Made by a program: the position numbers and the translations under genes
Shown here: one piece after another, positions 36,346 through 46,583 of the stretch
Layout of the letters: the number at the start of each line of letters is the position of its first letter
Numbering within the stretch: position 1 is the first letter of the stretch
The notes under the pieces: model-generated
Database searches by the model: none
What the model was told of the DNA's origin: nothing
Seen by the model: the letters and a program-made list of their open reading frames with translations, nothing else
Origin: an uncultured delta proteobacterium
Lineage (GTDB): Bacteria > Myxococcota > Myxococcia > SLRQ01
Assembly (NCBI GenBank): GCA_963727485.1
Contig: CAVSGM010000001.1
Coordinates: forward strand, 288,001 to 352,000
Direction: 5' to 3'
DNA: 64,000 nucleotides

Positions 36346-37285
36346 CCAGGCGGGCGGGCTGGCCCTGACCGCGGCGGCGAGGCCGTGGCGAACCGGAGAC
36401 CAGAGGCGGCTCGCCAGGGGCAGCGTGGCCCACCGGCCCCACCACCCGGACGTCGGTGGCGTAGTGCCACTTGTAGTCCTCGTCGCCGTAGAGGAACTCG
36501 AAGCTCCGATCGCCGGCGTGGTGGCTCGCCTCGAGGAGGTGGTGGAGGAGCAGGCGGCCCGGGGCGTAGCGGGAGAGCGCCGGGTCGTAGACGGGCATCC
36601 AGTAGTGGAACCGGCCCTGCCAGGTGGCCCCGAGGTGGATCGCCGCCGGCCGGGTGCCCGCCCGGAGGACGGCGACCTGGAGCAGGCCCCGGCGCCACAG
36701 GGCGCGGAAGAGCTCGGCGTTGCGCCGGGGCGCGAGGAAGTCCGGCGCCCCGGTGCGGCGGTACTGGTCGCGCTTCCAGGTGAGGGCCAGCTCCAGGAGC
36801 TCCGGGGCCGGGTGGTGGAGGTAGAGGGCGACCGGGCCCACCTCCTCCTCGAGGCGCCGGAGGCGACGGCGGGCTTCGGAGAAGGTGTTGCGCTGCCGCG
36901 CCTTCACCGAGGCCTCGAAGTCGGCCCACCGGGGGAAGCGCGCCCAGTCCACGAAGGGCGCGGCGCCGAAGCCGGGCTCGGGGAGGCGGCCGAGGAACAC
37001 CTCCGCCGGCACCACCTCCACCACCGCGTTGCCCAGCAGGCTCAAGGGGCGCTCGGCGCCGGTGGCCGGGCCCAGGGGCGCGTGGAGATCCACGAAGGCC
37101 ACGTCGGCCAGCAGCCGCCCGCCGGCCTCCACCGCCCGGTAGCGGCGGCCGTCCACCGCGAGCTCCACCAGGCGCGCCTCGGCCCCGGGGGCCCAGGCCT
37201 CGGCGAGGGCCTCGAGGAACGGCGGGGCGTCGAAGAAGGTCTCCCGGCTCGCGTCGGCGGCGAGGACTTCAGGCACGGAGGGCAT
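36295..37285 (-). CDS. GNAT acetyltransferase, CelD/BcsL (Acetyltransf_6) type (probable indel near 36430)
   Basis: RRRLRRLEEEVG, YDPALSRYAPGRLL, FEFLYGDEDYKWHYAT. The shifted frame ends ...YLVEHGVL* at 36295. Confidence 0.8.
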
Positions 37286-38870
37286 CACGCTGTCTCCCTT
37301 CCTGGGTGGGGACCACCGGCGCCCGGCGCTTGGGCCGCGGGCGCACCTCGGCGGCCGGGGCCCGGGCCACCGCGCCCGGGGCCAGGGGGCGGTCGAGGAC
37401 CACCCCGGGGCCGACCCGGGCGCCAGCGCCGATGGTGATGGGGCCGAGGAGGGTGGCGCCGGGGCCGACCTCCACGTCTCGCTCCAGGGTCGGCGCGCCC
37501 CGGACGCGGGTGGCGGCGTCCACCGCGTCGCCCAGGGTCACGTGCTGGGCGAGGCGGACCCCCGAGGCGACCCGGGCGGCGTGGCTGATGGTCAGCCCCT
37601 GGCCGTGGTCGAGGCGCAGCCCCGGGGCCAGGTCCGCGGCCCAGTGGATCTCGGCGCCGAAGAGGTGGCGCAGGCTCCGGGAGAGGACCTGGGGCAGGAG
37701 CGGCACCCCGGCCCGGTGGGCCGCCTGCATGGTCCGGATGAGCAGGAGCATCTGCCCCTCGGGGCGGGCGAGGAAGCGGCGCTGCGGGTGGTCCTCGCGG
37801 GCGGCGCGGGCGTCGGCGGTGACGGCGGTGGCGAGGAAGCCCAGGGCGTCGGCGACCCGGTAGCGCCGGGAGCCCGCATTGGCGGCGGCGGCGTGGCGCA
37901 TCATCTCCGCGGCGGCGGCGACCAGCGACCCCGAGGCCACCCGCACCCCCCGGAAGTACTCGATGCCGTAGGCCAGCGTGGTGCCGGCGATGGCCGGGCC
38001 CTCGAGCCCCACCCGGTCCACCCCCACGGCCACGGCCATCACCCCCCGGGCGAGGTGCCGGGTGCGCCTGGGCGCCAGGACCACCGAGAGGAGCACCGGC
38101 CGGGAGACCGGGCTCACCCGGGGCAGGAACGCCCAGGGATCGGCCTCGATCACGGTCGGGTGCTTCCGGGCGATGATGTGGTCGTAGCGCCCGTAGCGGA
38201 AGGCCCGGCCGAGCCAGACGTCGAGGGCCTCGTGGTCGGAGGCGTGGATGGTGTCGGCGTCGTCCACCAGGGTGAACTCGAGGCCCCGGTCGGCGAGGCG
38301 GATGCCCAGCTCCCGGTCCTCGGAGCGCAGCAGGGTCCGGTCGAAGCCCCCGGCGGCGAGCAGGTCCACCCGGCGCACCGAGACGTTCCCGGTGGAGAGG
38401 CGAAGCGGCGAGATCGGCGCCCCCCGGAGGGCCTCGCGCTCGAAGGTGGCGAGCTGCCGGGCGTGGAAGCGTTCGAAGAGGGGCATCGTGTGGATCCCCG
38501 GCGCCGGACGGATCCGCCCCAGGACCACCCGCGGCGGGGCGGTCTCGTGGGCCAGGAGGTGGCCCTCGAGGAAGCCCGGGCGCACCTGCATGTCGTCGTC
38601 GACGAAGACCAGGATCGTCCCCTCGGCCAGCCGCGCGCCCCGGTCCCGGGCGGCCGCGGCCCCGGCGTTGGCCTGGCGCTCGAGGCGCAGGTCGTAGCGC
38701 ACCGCGAGGCCGGCGAGGCCCTCGGCCGCCGGGGGATCCGAGCCGTCGTCGACCACGATCACCTCGTAGGCGTCCGGCGGGAGGGTCTGGGTGTCGAGCT
38801 GCGTCAGCAGCCGGCGAAGGGACTCCGGGCGCCCGAAGGTGGGCACCACCACCGAGACGCGGATCATCAT
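37269..38870 (-). CDS. GT2 glycosyltransferase fused to a serine-acetyltransferase-like left-handed beta-helix
   Basis: VSVVVPT, VVDDGS, NAGAAAAR, FVDDD, SEDRELG; C-terminal GAEIHW...HGQGLTI...GAPTLE..VEVGPGATLLGPITIG. Confidence 0.85.
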   Translation of the reverse strand: MMIRVSVVVPTFGRPESLRRLLTQLDTQTLPPDAYEVIVVDDGSDPPAAEGLAGLAVRYDLRLERQANAGAAAARDRGARLAEGTILVFVDDDMQVRPGFLEGHLLAHETAPPRVVLGRIRPAPGIHTMPLFERFHARQLATFEREALRGAPISPLRLSTGNVSVRRVDLLAAGGFDRTLLRSEDRELGIRLADRGLEFTLVDDADTIHASDHEALDVWLGRAFRYGRYDHIIARKHPTVIEADPWAFLPRVSPVSRPVLLSVVLAPRRTRHLARGVMAVAVGVDRVGLEGPAIAGTTLAYGIEYFRGVRVASGSLVAAAAEMMRHAAAANAGSRRYRVADALGFLATAVTADARAAREDHPQRRFLARPEGQMLLLIRTMQAAHRAGVPLLPQVLSRSLRHLFGAEIHWAADLAPGLRLDHGQGLTISHAARVASGVRLAQHVTLGDAVDAATRVRGAPTLERDVEVGPGATLLGPITIGAGARVGPGVVLDRPLAPGAVARAPAAEVRPRPKRRAPVVPTQEGRQRDALRA

Positions 38871-39367
38871 GGGGCCCTCGAGGCGAAGCGCCGGGGTACG
38901 GCGACGGTCCCGAGGAAGCGGTGACGTCCCACCAGCTCCACCACCTTCCGGGCCTCGGGGACCGGGGTCTCGCCGAGGGTCACCACCAGGAGCGCGGCGT
39001 CGGCGGCGGTGGCCAGCGGCATGGCCGCCGGGCGGTAGAGGGGCGAGTCCACGGCCACCAGCCGGCTCCCTCCGCCGGGGCCCGGGTCCAGGGTGCCGAG
39101 GAGCTCCCGGGCGGCGCCGAGGGTGAGGCGGGTGGCGTCGACCACCGCCAGCCCATGGCCCTCGAACACCCGCCCCACCTCGTGGAGCGAGTTGGCGACA
39201 TAGAGGCTGGTGCCCGCCTCCTCCACCGGCACCACCGCCAGGGTGCGGAAGGCCCGCTTGCGCAGGTCGAACCACACCTGCTGCCAGACCGAGAGGGGCT
39301 CGAGGGTGGGCGTGGGGCGCCGGCCCCGGCGCTTGATGTGGAAGTAGGTGGTGTCGATGTCGGACAT
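38867..39367 (-). CDS. Stand-alone bacterial tyrosine pseudokinase (WzeX/EcpK-like)
   Basis: 166 aa; BY-kinase-like C-terminal half (LVAVDSP, ADAALLVVTLGET, FLGTV) with no GxGKS/T Walker A; inside the EPS locus. Confidence 0.7.
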   Translation of the reverse strand: MSDIDTTYFHIKRRGRRPTPTLEPLSVWQQVWFDLRKRAFRTLAVVPVEEAGTSLYVANSLHEVGRVFEGHGLAVVDATRLTLGAARELLGTLDPGPGGGSRLVAVDSPLYRPAAMPLATAADAALLVVTLGETPVPEARKVVELVGRHRFLGTVAVPRRFASRAP

Positions 39368-39393
39368 CTTCGACTCCTGGTTCGCGGAAGGGT

Positions 39394-39936
39394 TCAGGCC
39401 GCGCTGGGCGCGGGACGGGTGTTGCGGCGGGACACGATGCGGGCGGGAACGCCCACGGCGACGGCGTCCTCGGGGACGTCGTCGAGGACCACGGCGCCGG
39501 CGCCGATCACCGCCCGGTCGCCGACGCGCACCGGCCCCAGGATCCTGGCGCCGATGCCCACGATCACGTCGTCCCCCACCACCGGGTAGCCGTCCTCCCG
39601 GGCGGTGCCGAGGACGTTGCCCCCCATCAGGCGCACCCGGTCGCCGACCTTCGCGTCGCCGCCGACCACGGTGCCCACGGTGTGGACGAAGTAGACCCCG
39701 TGCCCCAGGCGCACCTCCCGGTCCACCTCCACCCCGTAGATCGCGGTGCCGGCGAGGCGGAGGAGGTGGGGCAGGAGCGGCACCCGGCGGCGGTGGAGCG
39801 CCACCCGGGCGCGGAAGAGGAGGTCCACCGCGAAGCTGTCGGTGGTGGCGGCGGCCAGCAGCCGCCGCACCCCGCTCCCCGGGAGGTCGGCGGCCCGGGC
39901 CAGGGCCGAGAGGTCGGCGCGGAGGGTGTCGAGCAT
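39394..39936 (-). CDS. Serine O-acetyltransferase-like (LbH) polysaccharide acetyltransferase
   Basis: YGVEVD, HTVGTVVG, YPVVGDDVIVGIGARILGPVRVG, VAVGVPAR. Confidence 0.88.
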   Translation of the reverse strand: MLDTLRADLSALARAADLPGSGVRRLLAAATTDSFAVDLLFRARVALHRRRVPLLPHLLRLAGTAIYGVEVDREVRLGHGVYFVHTVGTVVGGDAKVGDRVRLMGGNVLGTAREDGYPVVGDDVIVGIGARILGPVRVGDRAVIGAGAVVLDDVPEDAVAVGVPARIVSRRNTRPAPSAA

Positions 39937-41165
39937 CAGCGTTCTCCCTTGCGCGGGGTGCGGACCCAGGGGGCGGCGGCCCGGGCGTAGCGCCCCCGGC
40001 GGAGCACCAGCTTCCAGGCGAGGTAGGCGGGGGCGGTGGCGAGCGCCATCAGGCCCCGAACGCCCAGGCCGCTGATGGCGAGGCCCCGGGCGAGGTAGAC
40101 GCCGATGGCCAGCGCGGCCCCGGCGAAGGCCACCACCGCCACCGTGGGCGTGCCCCCGGCGAGGTGGAGGCCCAGGGAGGCCATCAGCCCCAGCGCCACC
40201 AGGCCCACCAGGTCGGCCAGCGGGGGGACCAGGAGATCGAGGCCGAGGTCGAGGGCGACGAGGCTGCGCCGGCGCCAGGCGGCTCGGAGCAGCGGCCCGA
40301 GGTGGCGGCGCACCAGCGCCCGGCGGCCGCCCTCCCACCTGCGGCGCTGGCCGGCGGCGGCAGCCGGGCCCGCGGGCATCTCGCCCAGGACCCGCGCCTC
40401 GGGGACGTAGGTCACCCGGATCCCCGCCAGCCCCAGGGCGATGCCCTGCTCGAGGTCCTCGACGATGGACCCGGCGTCGTGGGGCACGGCCCGGAGGGCG
40501 CCGGTGGTGAAGCACATGCCGTTGCCCCGCAGCCCCGCCGAGAGCCCGAGGCGGGCCCGGCCCAGGGAGCGCACCCCGTGGAAGAGGGCGAAGGCGAGGG
40601 TGAGCAGCCGGGTGCGCCAGCTCTCCAGGGGGTTGGCGACGCCGTAGTCGGCCTGGAGGGCCGTGGCCCCGGCGGCGATCCGGGCGTCGAAGGCCCGGAG
40701 GAGGTTGGGGGTGACCACGGTGTCGGCGTCGACCACCACCAGGGCGTCGGCCAGGCCGTCGTCGAGGAGCCGGGCGAAGGCAAAGGCCAGGGCCTGCCCC
40801 TTGCCCGGCCGGGCGGGGTCCACCCGGGTGAGGACCATGGCTCCGGCGCGCCGGGCCACCGCCGCGGTGTCGTCGCTGCAGTTGTCGGCGATGACCACCA
40901 GCCGGCGCCGGTCCCTGGGGTAGTCGAGGGTCTCGAGGCTCGCCAGGGTGGGGCCGAGGTTTGGCGCCTCGTCGTGGGCGGGGACCACCAGGTCGAAGCG
41001 GGTGAGACCGCGACCGGCCGGGGGCGTCCGTCCCGGGCGGGCGAGGAGGGCCAGGAGGGCGAGGTAGCCGCCGAGGACCAGGGCGAGGATCCCGAAGACC
41101 GCGAGGCCCCCCTCGCCAAGCCTCACCAGGAACCCCGCCGAGAGGGTGAGGGCCAGCTCGCTCAT
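39936..41165 (-). CDS. GT2 membrane glycosyltransferase (processive-type motifs)
   Basis: VPAHDE, ADNCSDDT, GKGQAL, VDAD, IVED, QRRRW; flanking TM helices. Confidence 0.9.
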   Translation of the reverse strand: MSELALTLSAGFLVRLGEGGLAVFGILALVLGGYLALLALLARPGRTPPAGRGLTRFDLVVPAHDEAPNLGPTLASLETLDYPRDRRRLVVIADNCSDDTAAVARRAGAMVLTRVDPARPGKGQALAFAFARLLDDGLADALVVVDADTVVTPNLLRAFDARIAAGATALQADYGVANPLESWRTRLLTLAFALFHGVRSLGRARLGLSAGLRGNGMCFTTGALRAVPHDAGSIVEDLEQGIALGLAGIRVTYVPEARVLGEMPAGPAAAAGQRRRWEGGRRALVRRHLGPLLRAAWRRRSLVALDLGLDLLVPPLADLVGLVALGLMASLGLHLAGGTPTVAVVAFAGAALAIGVYLARGLAISGLGVRGLMALATAPAYLAWKLVLRRGRYARAAAPWVRTPRKGER

Positions 41166-42682
41166 GCCGTACCTCCCTGGAGGGCCATGGCCCCCGTCCG
41201 GATCCGCGCGGTGGCCCGGGCCCCGAGGGCCCCCGACGCCACCGCCAGGTTCGCCGCCGCCCCGCCGAGGGCGCTCATCACCAGCAGCGGCATCCAGTCC
41301 TGGAGCCCGATGTCGCCGAAGGCCTGGACCTCGAAGGCGATCACCGCCACCACCGCCGCCATCGCCACCACCCGCCGCCCGGGGGTGCGGGCGAAGCGGT
41401 GGGCCCTGACCCCGATGAACAGGAGGATTGGCAGCACCATCCAGATCGCCGAGAACCCCACCAGCCCCCCGGCGGTGAGCAGCCAGAGGACGCTGTTGTG
41501 GGGGAGGAAGCGGTACTGCTTGAAGAACTGCGAGAGGTCGTAGGCGGGGACGAGCTCCTCGTAGGGGTGGCCGAACCCCCGGCCGAAGAGGGGGTGGCCG
41601 TGGAGGGTGTAGACGAGGTTGAGGTCCTCGACCTCCCGCGACTTGCTCGACGAGTCCTGCTGCTCGCCCACCGAGTGGAGGGCCTCCACCGGGGCGAAGA
41701 TCTTGGAGTGGCTCCCCAGCCCCATCACCACGTAGGCGAGGAGCAGGGGGCTCGCGGCCACCCCCACCTTGAGGAAGATCCCACGCAGGGGCCGGCGCAG
41801 GAGGAGGACGAAGGCGAGGAGGGCGTAGATCAGGGCCACGTAGGCCAGGCGCCGGTCGTTGAGGATCATCACCACGCCGATGAACGGCGCCACGGTGACG
41901 AAGGCGAGCGTGCGCAGGAGGTCCCGGTGCTCCATCAGCCCGTGGAGGAGGAGCACCAGCACCAGCACGTAGAGGACCGAGTCGGAGTGGGTGGTGATGT
42001 AGTGGGCCTGGAAGCCCACCGGGCGGCAGTAGCGCAGCCAGTACCAGAGCCCGAGGAGCCCCCGGATCACCGTCACCGCCACCAGGCCCACCACCAGGAC
42101 CCGGCGGACGCCGTCGGTGGAGAAGGCGTGGAGCGCGAGGACGACGAGGACCGGGAGCCAGAGGAGCTGGCGCATCTGCCACAGGGACTGCTGCACGTCG
42201 CCGCCCCGGGCGAGCCCGAAGACCTCCAGGCCCAGCACCGCCAGGAAGCACACCGCCAGGGCCAGGATCAGGGGCCGGAGCGCCGGGTCCAGGGGGGGCA
42301 CCTCGCCCTTGAGCCGCCGGATCACGAGCGCCACCAGCATCAGCAACAGGCCCACCTCGAGGAGCGAGAGGTGGACGGCGCCGAAGCCGAGGGAGGTGTT
42401 GAGGTTGTCGTAGAGGAGCTTGCCCGGGGCGTAGAGGGGCGAGCGCCACCGGCCCTGCATCGGGTTCGACGAGGGGTCCGGGAGGAGCACCGACCCCAGG
42501 ACCACGGCGGTCATCAGCCAGGAGAAGGGCGCCCGGGCGAGGAGCCACACCGCGAGCACCACCAGCGCCGGCGCCAGGGCGAACACCGGCCGGGTGGCCG
42601 CGCCGAGGAAGGCGCTGGCCACCATCACCACCGGGAGCACCAGCCACAGGGTGCGGCGGCGCAGCTTTCGGGTCGGGGTCAC
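41162..42682 (-). CDS. wzy: Wzy-type polysaccharide polymerase
   Basis: GTG start at 42682; more than 10 TM; HSDSVL, NDRRLAY, PLFGRGFG, HNSVLW; position in a Wzx/PCP/OPX locus. Confidence 0.8.
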   Translation of the reverse strand: MTPTRKLRRRTLWLVLPVVMVASAFLGAATRPVFALAPALVVLAVWLLARAPFSWLMTAVVLGSVLLPDPSSNPMQGRWRSPLYAPGKLLYDNLNTSLGFGAVHLSLLEVGLLLMLVALVIRRLKGEVPPLDPALRPLILALAVCFLAVLGLEVFGLARGGDVQQSLWQMRQLLWLPVLVVLALHAFSTDGVRRVLVVGLVAVTVIRGLLGLWYWLRYCRPVGFQAHYITTHSDSVLYVLVLVLLLHGLMEHRDLLRTLAFVTVAPFIGVVMILNDRRLAYVALIYALLAFVLLLRRPLRGIFLKVGVAASPLLLAYVVMGLGSHSKIFAPVEALHSVGEQQDSSSKSREVEDLNLVYTLHGHPLFGRGFGHPYEELVPAYDLSQFFKQYRFLPHNSVLWLLTAGGLVGFSAIWMVLPILLFIGVRAHRFARTPGRRVVAMAAVVAVIAFEVQAFGDIGLQDWMPLLVMSALGGAAANLAVASGALGARATARIRTGAMALQGGTA

Positions 42683-44149
42683 TCGTCCACCCCTCCGAGG
42701 TAGGGGAGGCGCAGCTGCCGCTCGACCTGCCAGGGCAGGAGCAGCCGCTGGCCCAGGACCTCGAGGCCGAGGGCGAAGCCCATGGACACCAGCATCCCCG
42801 CCAGGACCCCCATCACCAGGACCAGCGGGACGTTGGGCTTGTCCGCCTTCTCCGGGAGCTTGGGCCGGCCGATGACGCTGTAGCGGTACTTGAACGCCGC
42901 GTTCGCCACGTCGAGCTCGATGGTGGCCGAGCTGATCCGGCCGAGCAGATCGTCGTAGCTGTCCAGGGCGCGCAGCAGCTGGTTTCTGGCGCTGGCGATG
43001 TCCGGGTCCCGGTTCTCCGAGGGATCCCCCTCGGCGACCTCGTTGCGCGCCAGGTCCACCGCCCGCTGGGCGAGGGTGGTGTCGGTGCGCAGGGTCCCCT
43101 CGGCGCGCTGGGCCGCGTCGTAGCGGGCCTGGAGCTGCGCCGCCTGGGCCCGGAGGTGCTGGAGCTCCGGCGAGGGGGCCTCGAGGGCCAGGATGCTCTG
43201 CTTGAGCGCCACGATGTCCGGGTGGCCCGGGGTGAGCACGGTGCTCTTCTCCCGGAGGGTGGCCCGGAGCTGGGCGAGCCGTCCCTCGCGGGTGGCCTCC
43301 ACCGCGGCGATGGCCTGCCGCTTGGCGGAGAGATCGCTGGCGAGCTGGGTGATCTGGAGGTTCTGGCTCCGGCTCCGGCGCCGCGTCGTCACCGCCGGCT
43401 TCTCGGCCTTCACCTCCTGCTTCTGCCGGCTCTGCCGGAGCTTGCGCAGGGTGACGAGGCCCTGGTCCACGCGGCTCTTCTCCTGGGCGGCGTGGGAGTC
43501 GAGGACCTGGAGGGCGTCGGTGATGCCGCTGACCTCCCGGCTCCGGCGCTGCTCCAGGAACCGGTCGGAGAGGAGCCGGGCGAGGAGCGCGGTGGTCTCC
43601 GGGTCGAACCAGCTCACGTAGATCGGAGATCACGTTGTTCCCCGCCGACACGCCAAGGTGCTCGCGGAGCAGCTTCACCAGCGCGTCCTTGGTCTCCGCC
43701 GGGGTCAGGGGCCCGAGGATCAGGTCGTGGAGCTGGTCCTTGAGGCGGAGGATCGGGGTGCGCGAGGCCTTGAACCGGCGCTCGAGCTGGGCCTCGTCCA
43801 CCACCCACTCCAGGTTCTGCTCGGAGAGGAGCATCGGCGCCGCGGCCCGGGTGGGGTCGTCGCCGTACATGGGGATGGTGCGGTGGGGGTTGGCGAGGGC
43901 CGGCATCTGGTAGTCGGTCATCGCCAGGATCCGGGCCTCGGCGCTGTAGGTCCGGGGCACGGCGAAGAGGAAGCCCACGGTGAGGGCGACGACCCCCAGC
44001 GCCACGCCGAACATCAGTCGGCGGCGGCGCGCGAGGGCGACGCGCACGTAGGCGAGGACGTCTCCCACCTCCCGCAGGCCCAGGGCGGGCTCGGGGGGCG
44101 GCGGGGGGGCGACGGTCTGGAGCTCGGCAGGATGGGGCATGGCGTTCAC
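42679..44149 (-). CDS. Polysaccharide co-polymerase (EpsV/Wzc-N-like; frameshift near 43625)
   Basis: N-terminal TM + PRTYSAEARIL, coiled-coil with TPGHPDIVALK, Pro-rich KPNVP + second TM, terminal ERQLRLPYLG; no kinase domain or Tyr cluster. Confidence 0.82.
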
Positions 44150-44547
44150 CGCGCCTCCCGGCGCGGCGCCTCCACGGGCTCGCCGGCCAGCGCCTGCACG
44201 GCGGCGCGGAACTGGCCGGGGGTGAATGGCTTGAGCAGGTAACCGTTGGCCCCGAGCGCGATGGCCAGCGCCCGGTCCTGGGGCATCCACCGGCCGGTGG
44301 TCATCAGGATCGGGGCCTGCGCCCCGTGGGGGTGCCGGCGGACGGCCTCGCACACGTCGAAGCCGGAGATGGTGGGCAGGCCGATGTCCACGCACACCAG
44401 GGCCAGGGGCCCCTCGTCGAGGAGGGTGAGGGCGGTCCGGCCGTCGTCGGTGGCCTCCACCTCGAAGCCCATCCGGGAGAGGAGCACCGTCAACAGCTGG
44501 CGGGCGCTGGCATCGTCTTCGACCACGAGAGCTCTGCGAACAGCCAT
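44146..44547 (-). CDS. Single-domain response regulator (EpsW-like)
   Basis: LVVEDD, VDIGLP.ISG, LMTTG, GANGYLLKPF; same position as M. xanthus epsW. Confidence 0.88.
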   Translation of the reverse strand: MAVRRALVVEDDASARQLLTVLLSRMGFEVEATDDGRTALTLLDEGPLALVCVDIGLPTISGFDVCEAVRRHPHGAQAPILMTTGRWMPQDRALAIALGANGYLLKPFTPGQFRAAVQALAGEPVEAPRREAR

Positions 44548-44559
44548 GGGAGTCTCACT

Positions 44560-44727
44560 TCAGAGGCGCGGGTAGAGGTAGCGGAGGGCCAGGAGGTAGA
44601 GGGCGGCGACGCCGGCCATGGTCACCACCACCTGGAGCAGGGCGCGGCGGGGGCGCTCGGTCCGGGCGAGGAGCACCGGCACCGCGATGGTCGCCAGGAG
44701 GATCGAGGTGAGGACCAGGGACTTCAT
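44560..44727 (-). CDS. 55-aa two-TM membrane protein (absent from the ORF track)
   Basis: MKSLVLTSILLATIAVPVLLARTERPRRALLQVVVTMAGVAALYLLALRYLYPRL*; ATG overlaps the upstream TGA (ATGA); GGAGG RBS. Confidence 0.75.
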   Translation of the reverse strand: MKSLVLTSILLATIAVPVLLARTERPRRALLQVVVTMAGVAALYLLALRYLYPRL

Positions 44728-45987
44728 GGCGTCCGGCCTCCGCGGGTGGGATCGTCCTTGGCCGAGGTCTCGCCCGGGCGCACCTCACGGCCGGTGCGCG
44801 GATCGAGGGCGCGCTTCTCGGGGGTGGTGCCGAAGAAGGCGCGCAGCCCCACGAACACGTCCCAGCCGCTGCCGTCGAGGCCCGGCCCCCGGTACCGCTG
44901 GGGGAGCTGCTGGTAGTAGAAGCGCAGCCCGGTCTGGAGCTGGACCCCGGTGGTGAGGGTGTAGCTGCCCTGGGCCCCGAGGGACTGGAGGGCGCCGTCG
45001 ATGAGGGGCCCCCGGGCGAGGATCCACACCTGGTCCATGAGGAGGCTGGCGCTGCCCCGACGGGTCAGCTGCAGGGTGGCGGCGGCGTGGATGCCGGCCC
45101 GGGACTCGAGGGAGCCGTCGAGGCGGTTGAGGGCCGGGCCGGTCCACAGCCGCCCCTCGAGGTCGAGGCTGGAGCCGGGCCAGCGGAACCGGTGGCTCGC
45201 CGCCAGCGAGAGGGCCGGGTGGATGAGGAAGGCGTCGGGGCCCAGCGGCAGCCGGGCGTCCCGGGAGACCACCACCCCCGCCGAGGGCGTGAGCCGGGTG
45301 TCCGAGGCCAGGCGCCGCGCCCAGTCGAGGCTGACCCCGGCGAGATCGTAGGCGGGGCCCGTGGAGAACTCGGTGTGCTGCCAGGTGAGGTGGCCGCTGA
45401 CCAGGTCGCGACCGGTGACCGCCTGGCGGAGCGTGAGAATCCGCCCTGGGGCCGTAGCCCAAAGGCAGCACCGCCCGGGCGAGGGTGTCCATGCCCCCGG
45501 AGGCGTCGTAGCCGGCGCTCGCCTCCCAGGTCTGGGTGGGGCTCGCCCGGTAGCGCACGGTGGCCAGCGCGGTGGCGGCGCCGACGGTGATCCGGCTCAC
45601 CTGGGGCACCAGGTCGGGGAGGGCGCCGTCGGGGGTGAGGGAGAAGAGCCAGGTCTCCTGCCCATAGCGGGCCCACCCGGCGGCGAAGACCTCGAAGCGG
45701 GGGCCGAGGCGGGCGGTGTAGGAGAGCCGACCGCTCTGGAGCAGGGTGGGCGCCGGCTGGAGGGCGCCGGAGAGCCAGGCGGCCCGGAGGCGGTAGTCGA
45801 GGACGAGCTGCTGGGTCTCCCCGGTGAGGGCCAGCGCCATCTCGGGGCTGATGGCCAGCTCCATCCCCGCGCCCCCGGGCTGGGCGCTGAAGGCGTCCGG
45901 CGCCCGGGCGTGGGTGTCCACCGAGACCCCGGCCTGGACCTGGGGCACCACCGCGGCGGCGAAGAGGAGGCTCAAGACGAAGGACAT
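44724..45987 (-). CDS. Outer-membrane beta-barrel polysaccharide porin (EpsX/Wzp-like; frameshift near 45440)
   Basis: Signal peptide at 45987 with GGAG RBS; amphipathic strands throughout, ending GWDVFVGLRAFF; directly downstream of a short OPX gene. Confidence 0.7.
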
Positions 45988-45989
45988 GG

Positions 45990-46583
45990 CTACTCCACCA
46001 GGACCGTGTCCCGGGGCCGGAGGACGTAGCTGGCGGCCCGGCTCTGGCCCGACACCAGGTCGTCGAAGGTGAAGCGGATGGGCCGCTCCTGGGGGTCGCC
46101 CGGGACCACGAAGATCCGCGTGGGGTCGGCGAAGTTGTTCAGGCCCCCGGCCCGGGAGAGCGCCTGGAGGATCCCGCTGCCCCGCTGGAGGTCGAACATC
46201 CCCGGGGTGACCACCTGGCCCAGCACCCCGATGCGCAGGGGCTCGGCGGCGACCACGCTCACCACCACCTTGGGCTTGAGCACCACCGCGGAGAGCTTGC
46301 CGGTGATGGCGCTGGCGGCGGCCTCCGGGGTCATCCCCGCCACGTGGATGTCGCCGACCAGCGGCAGGGTGATCACCCCGTCGCTGCGGACCTTCATCTC
46401 GCCGGAGAGCGGGGTCTGCTTCCACACCTCGACCTTGAGCTGGTCGCCGGGCGCGATGCGGAAGGCGTGACCGTCGGCCAGGGCCGGGTCGACGCTCTTG
46501 TACCAGACGTAGCTGTCGACGTGCTCGCAGCCGGCGGCGGCGAGGACGAGGAGCAGCGGGAGGAGGAGACGCGGGCGGATCAT
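45990..46583 (-). CDS. Short OPX polysaccharide export lipoprotein (EpsY-like)
   Basis: Lipobox AAAGC; IAPGDQL.V.VW, VRSDGVITLPLVGDIHVAGMT, GQVVTPG, LRPRDTVLVE; 197 aa, no C-terminal OM helix. Confidence 0.9.
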   Translation of the reverse strand: MIRPRLLLPLLLVLAAAGCEHVDSYVWYKSVDPALADGHAFRIAPGDQLKVEVWKQTPLSGEMKVRSDGVITLPLVGDIHVAGMTPEAAASAITGKLSAVVLKPKVVVSVVAAEPLRIGVLGQVVTPGMFDLQRGSGILQALSRAGGLNNFADPTRIFVVPGDPQERPIRFTFDDLVSGQSRAASYVLRPRDTVLVE

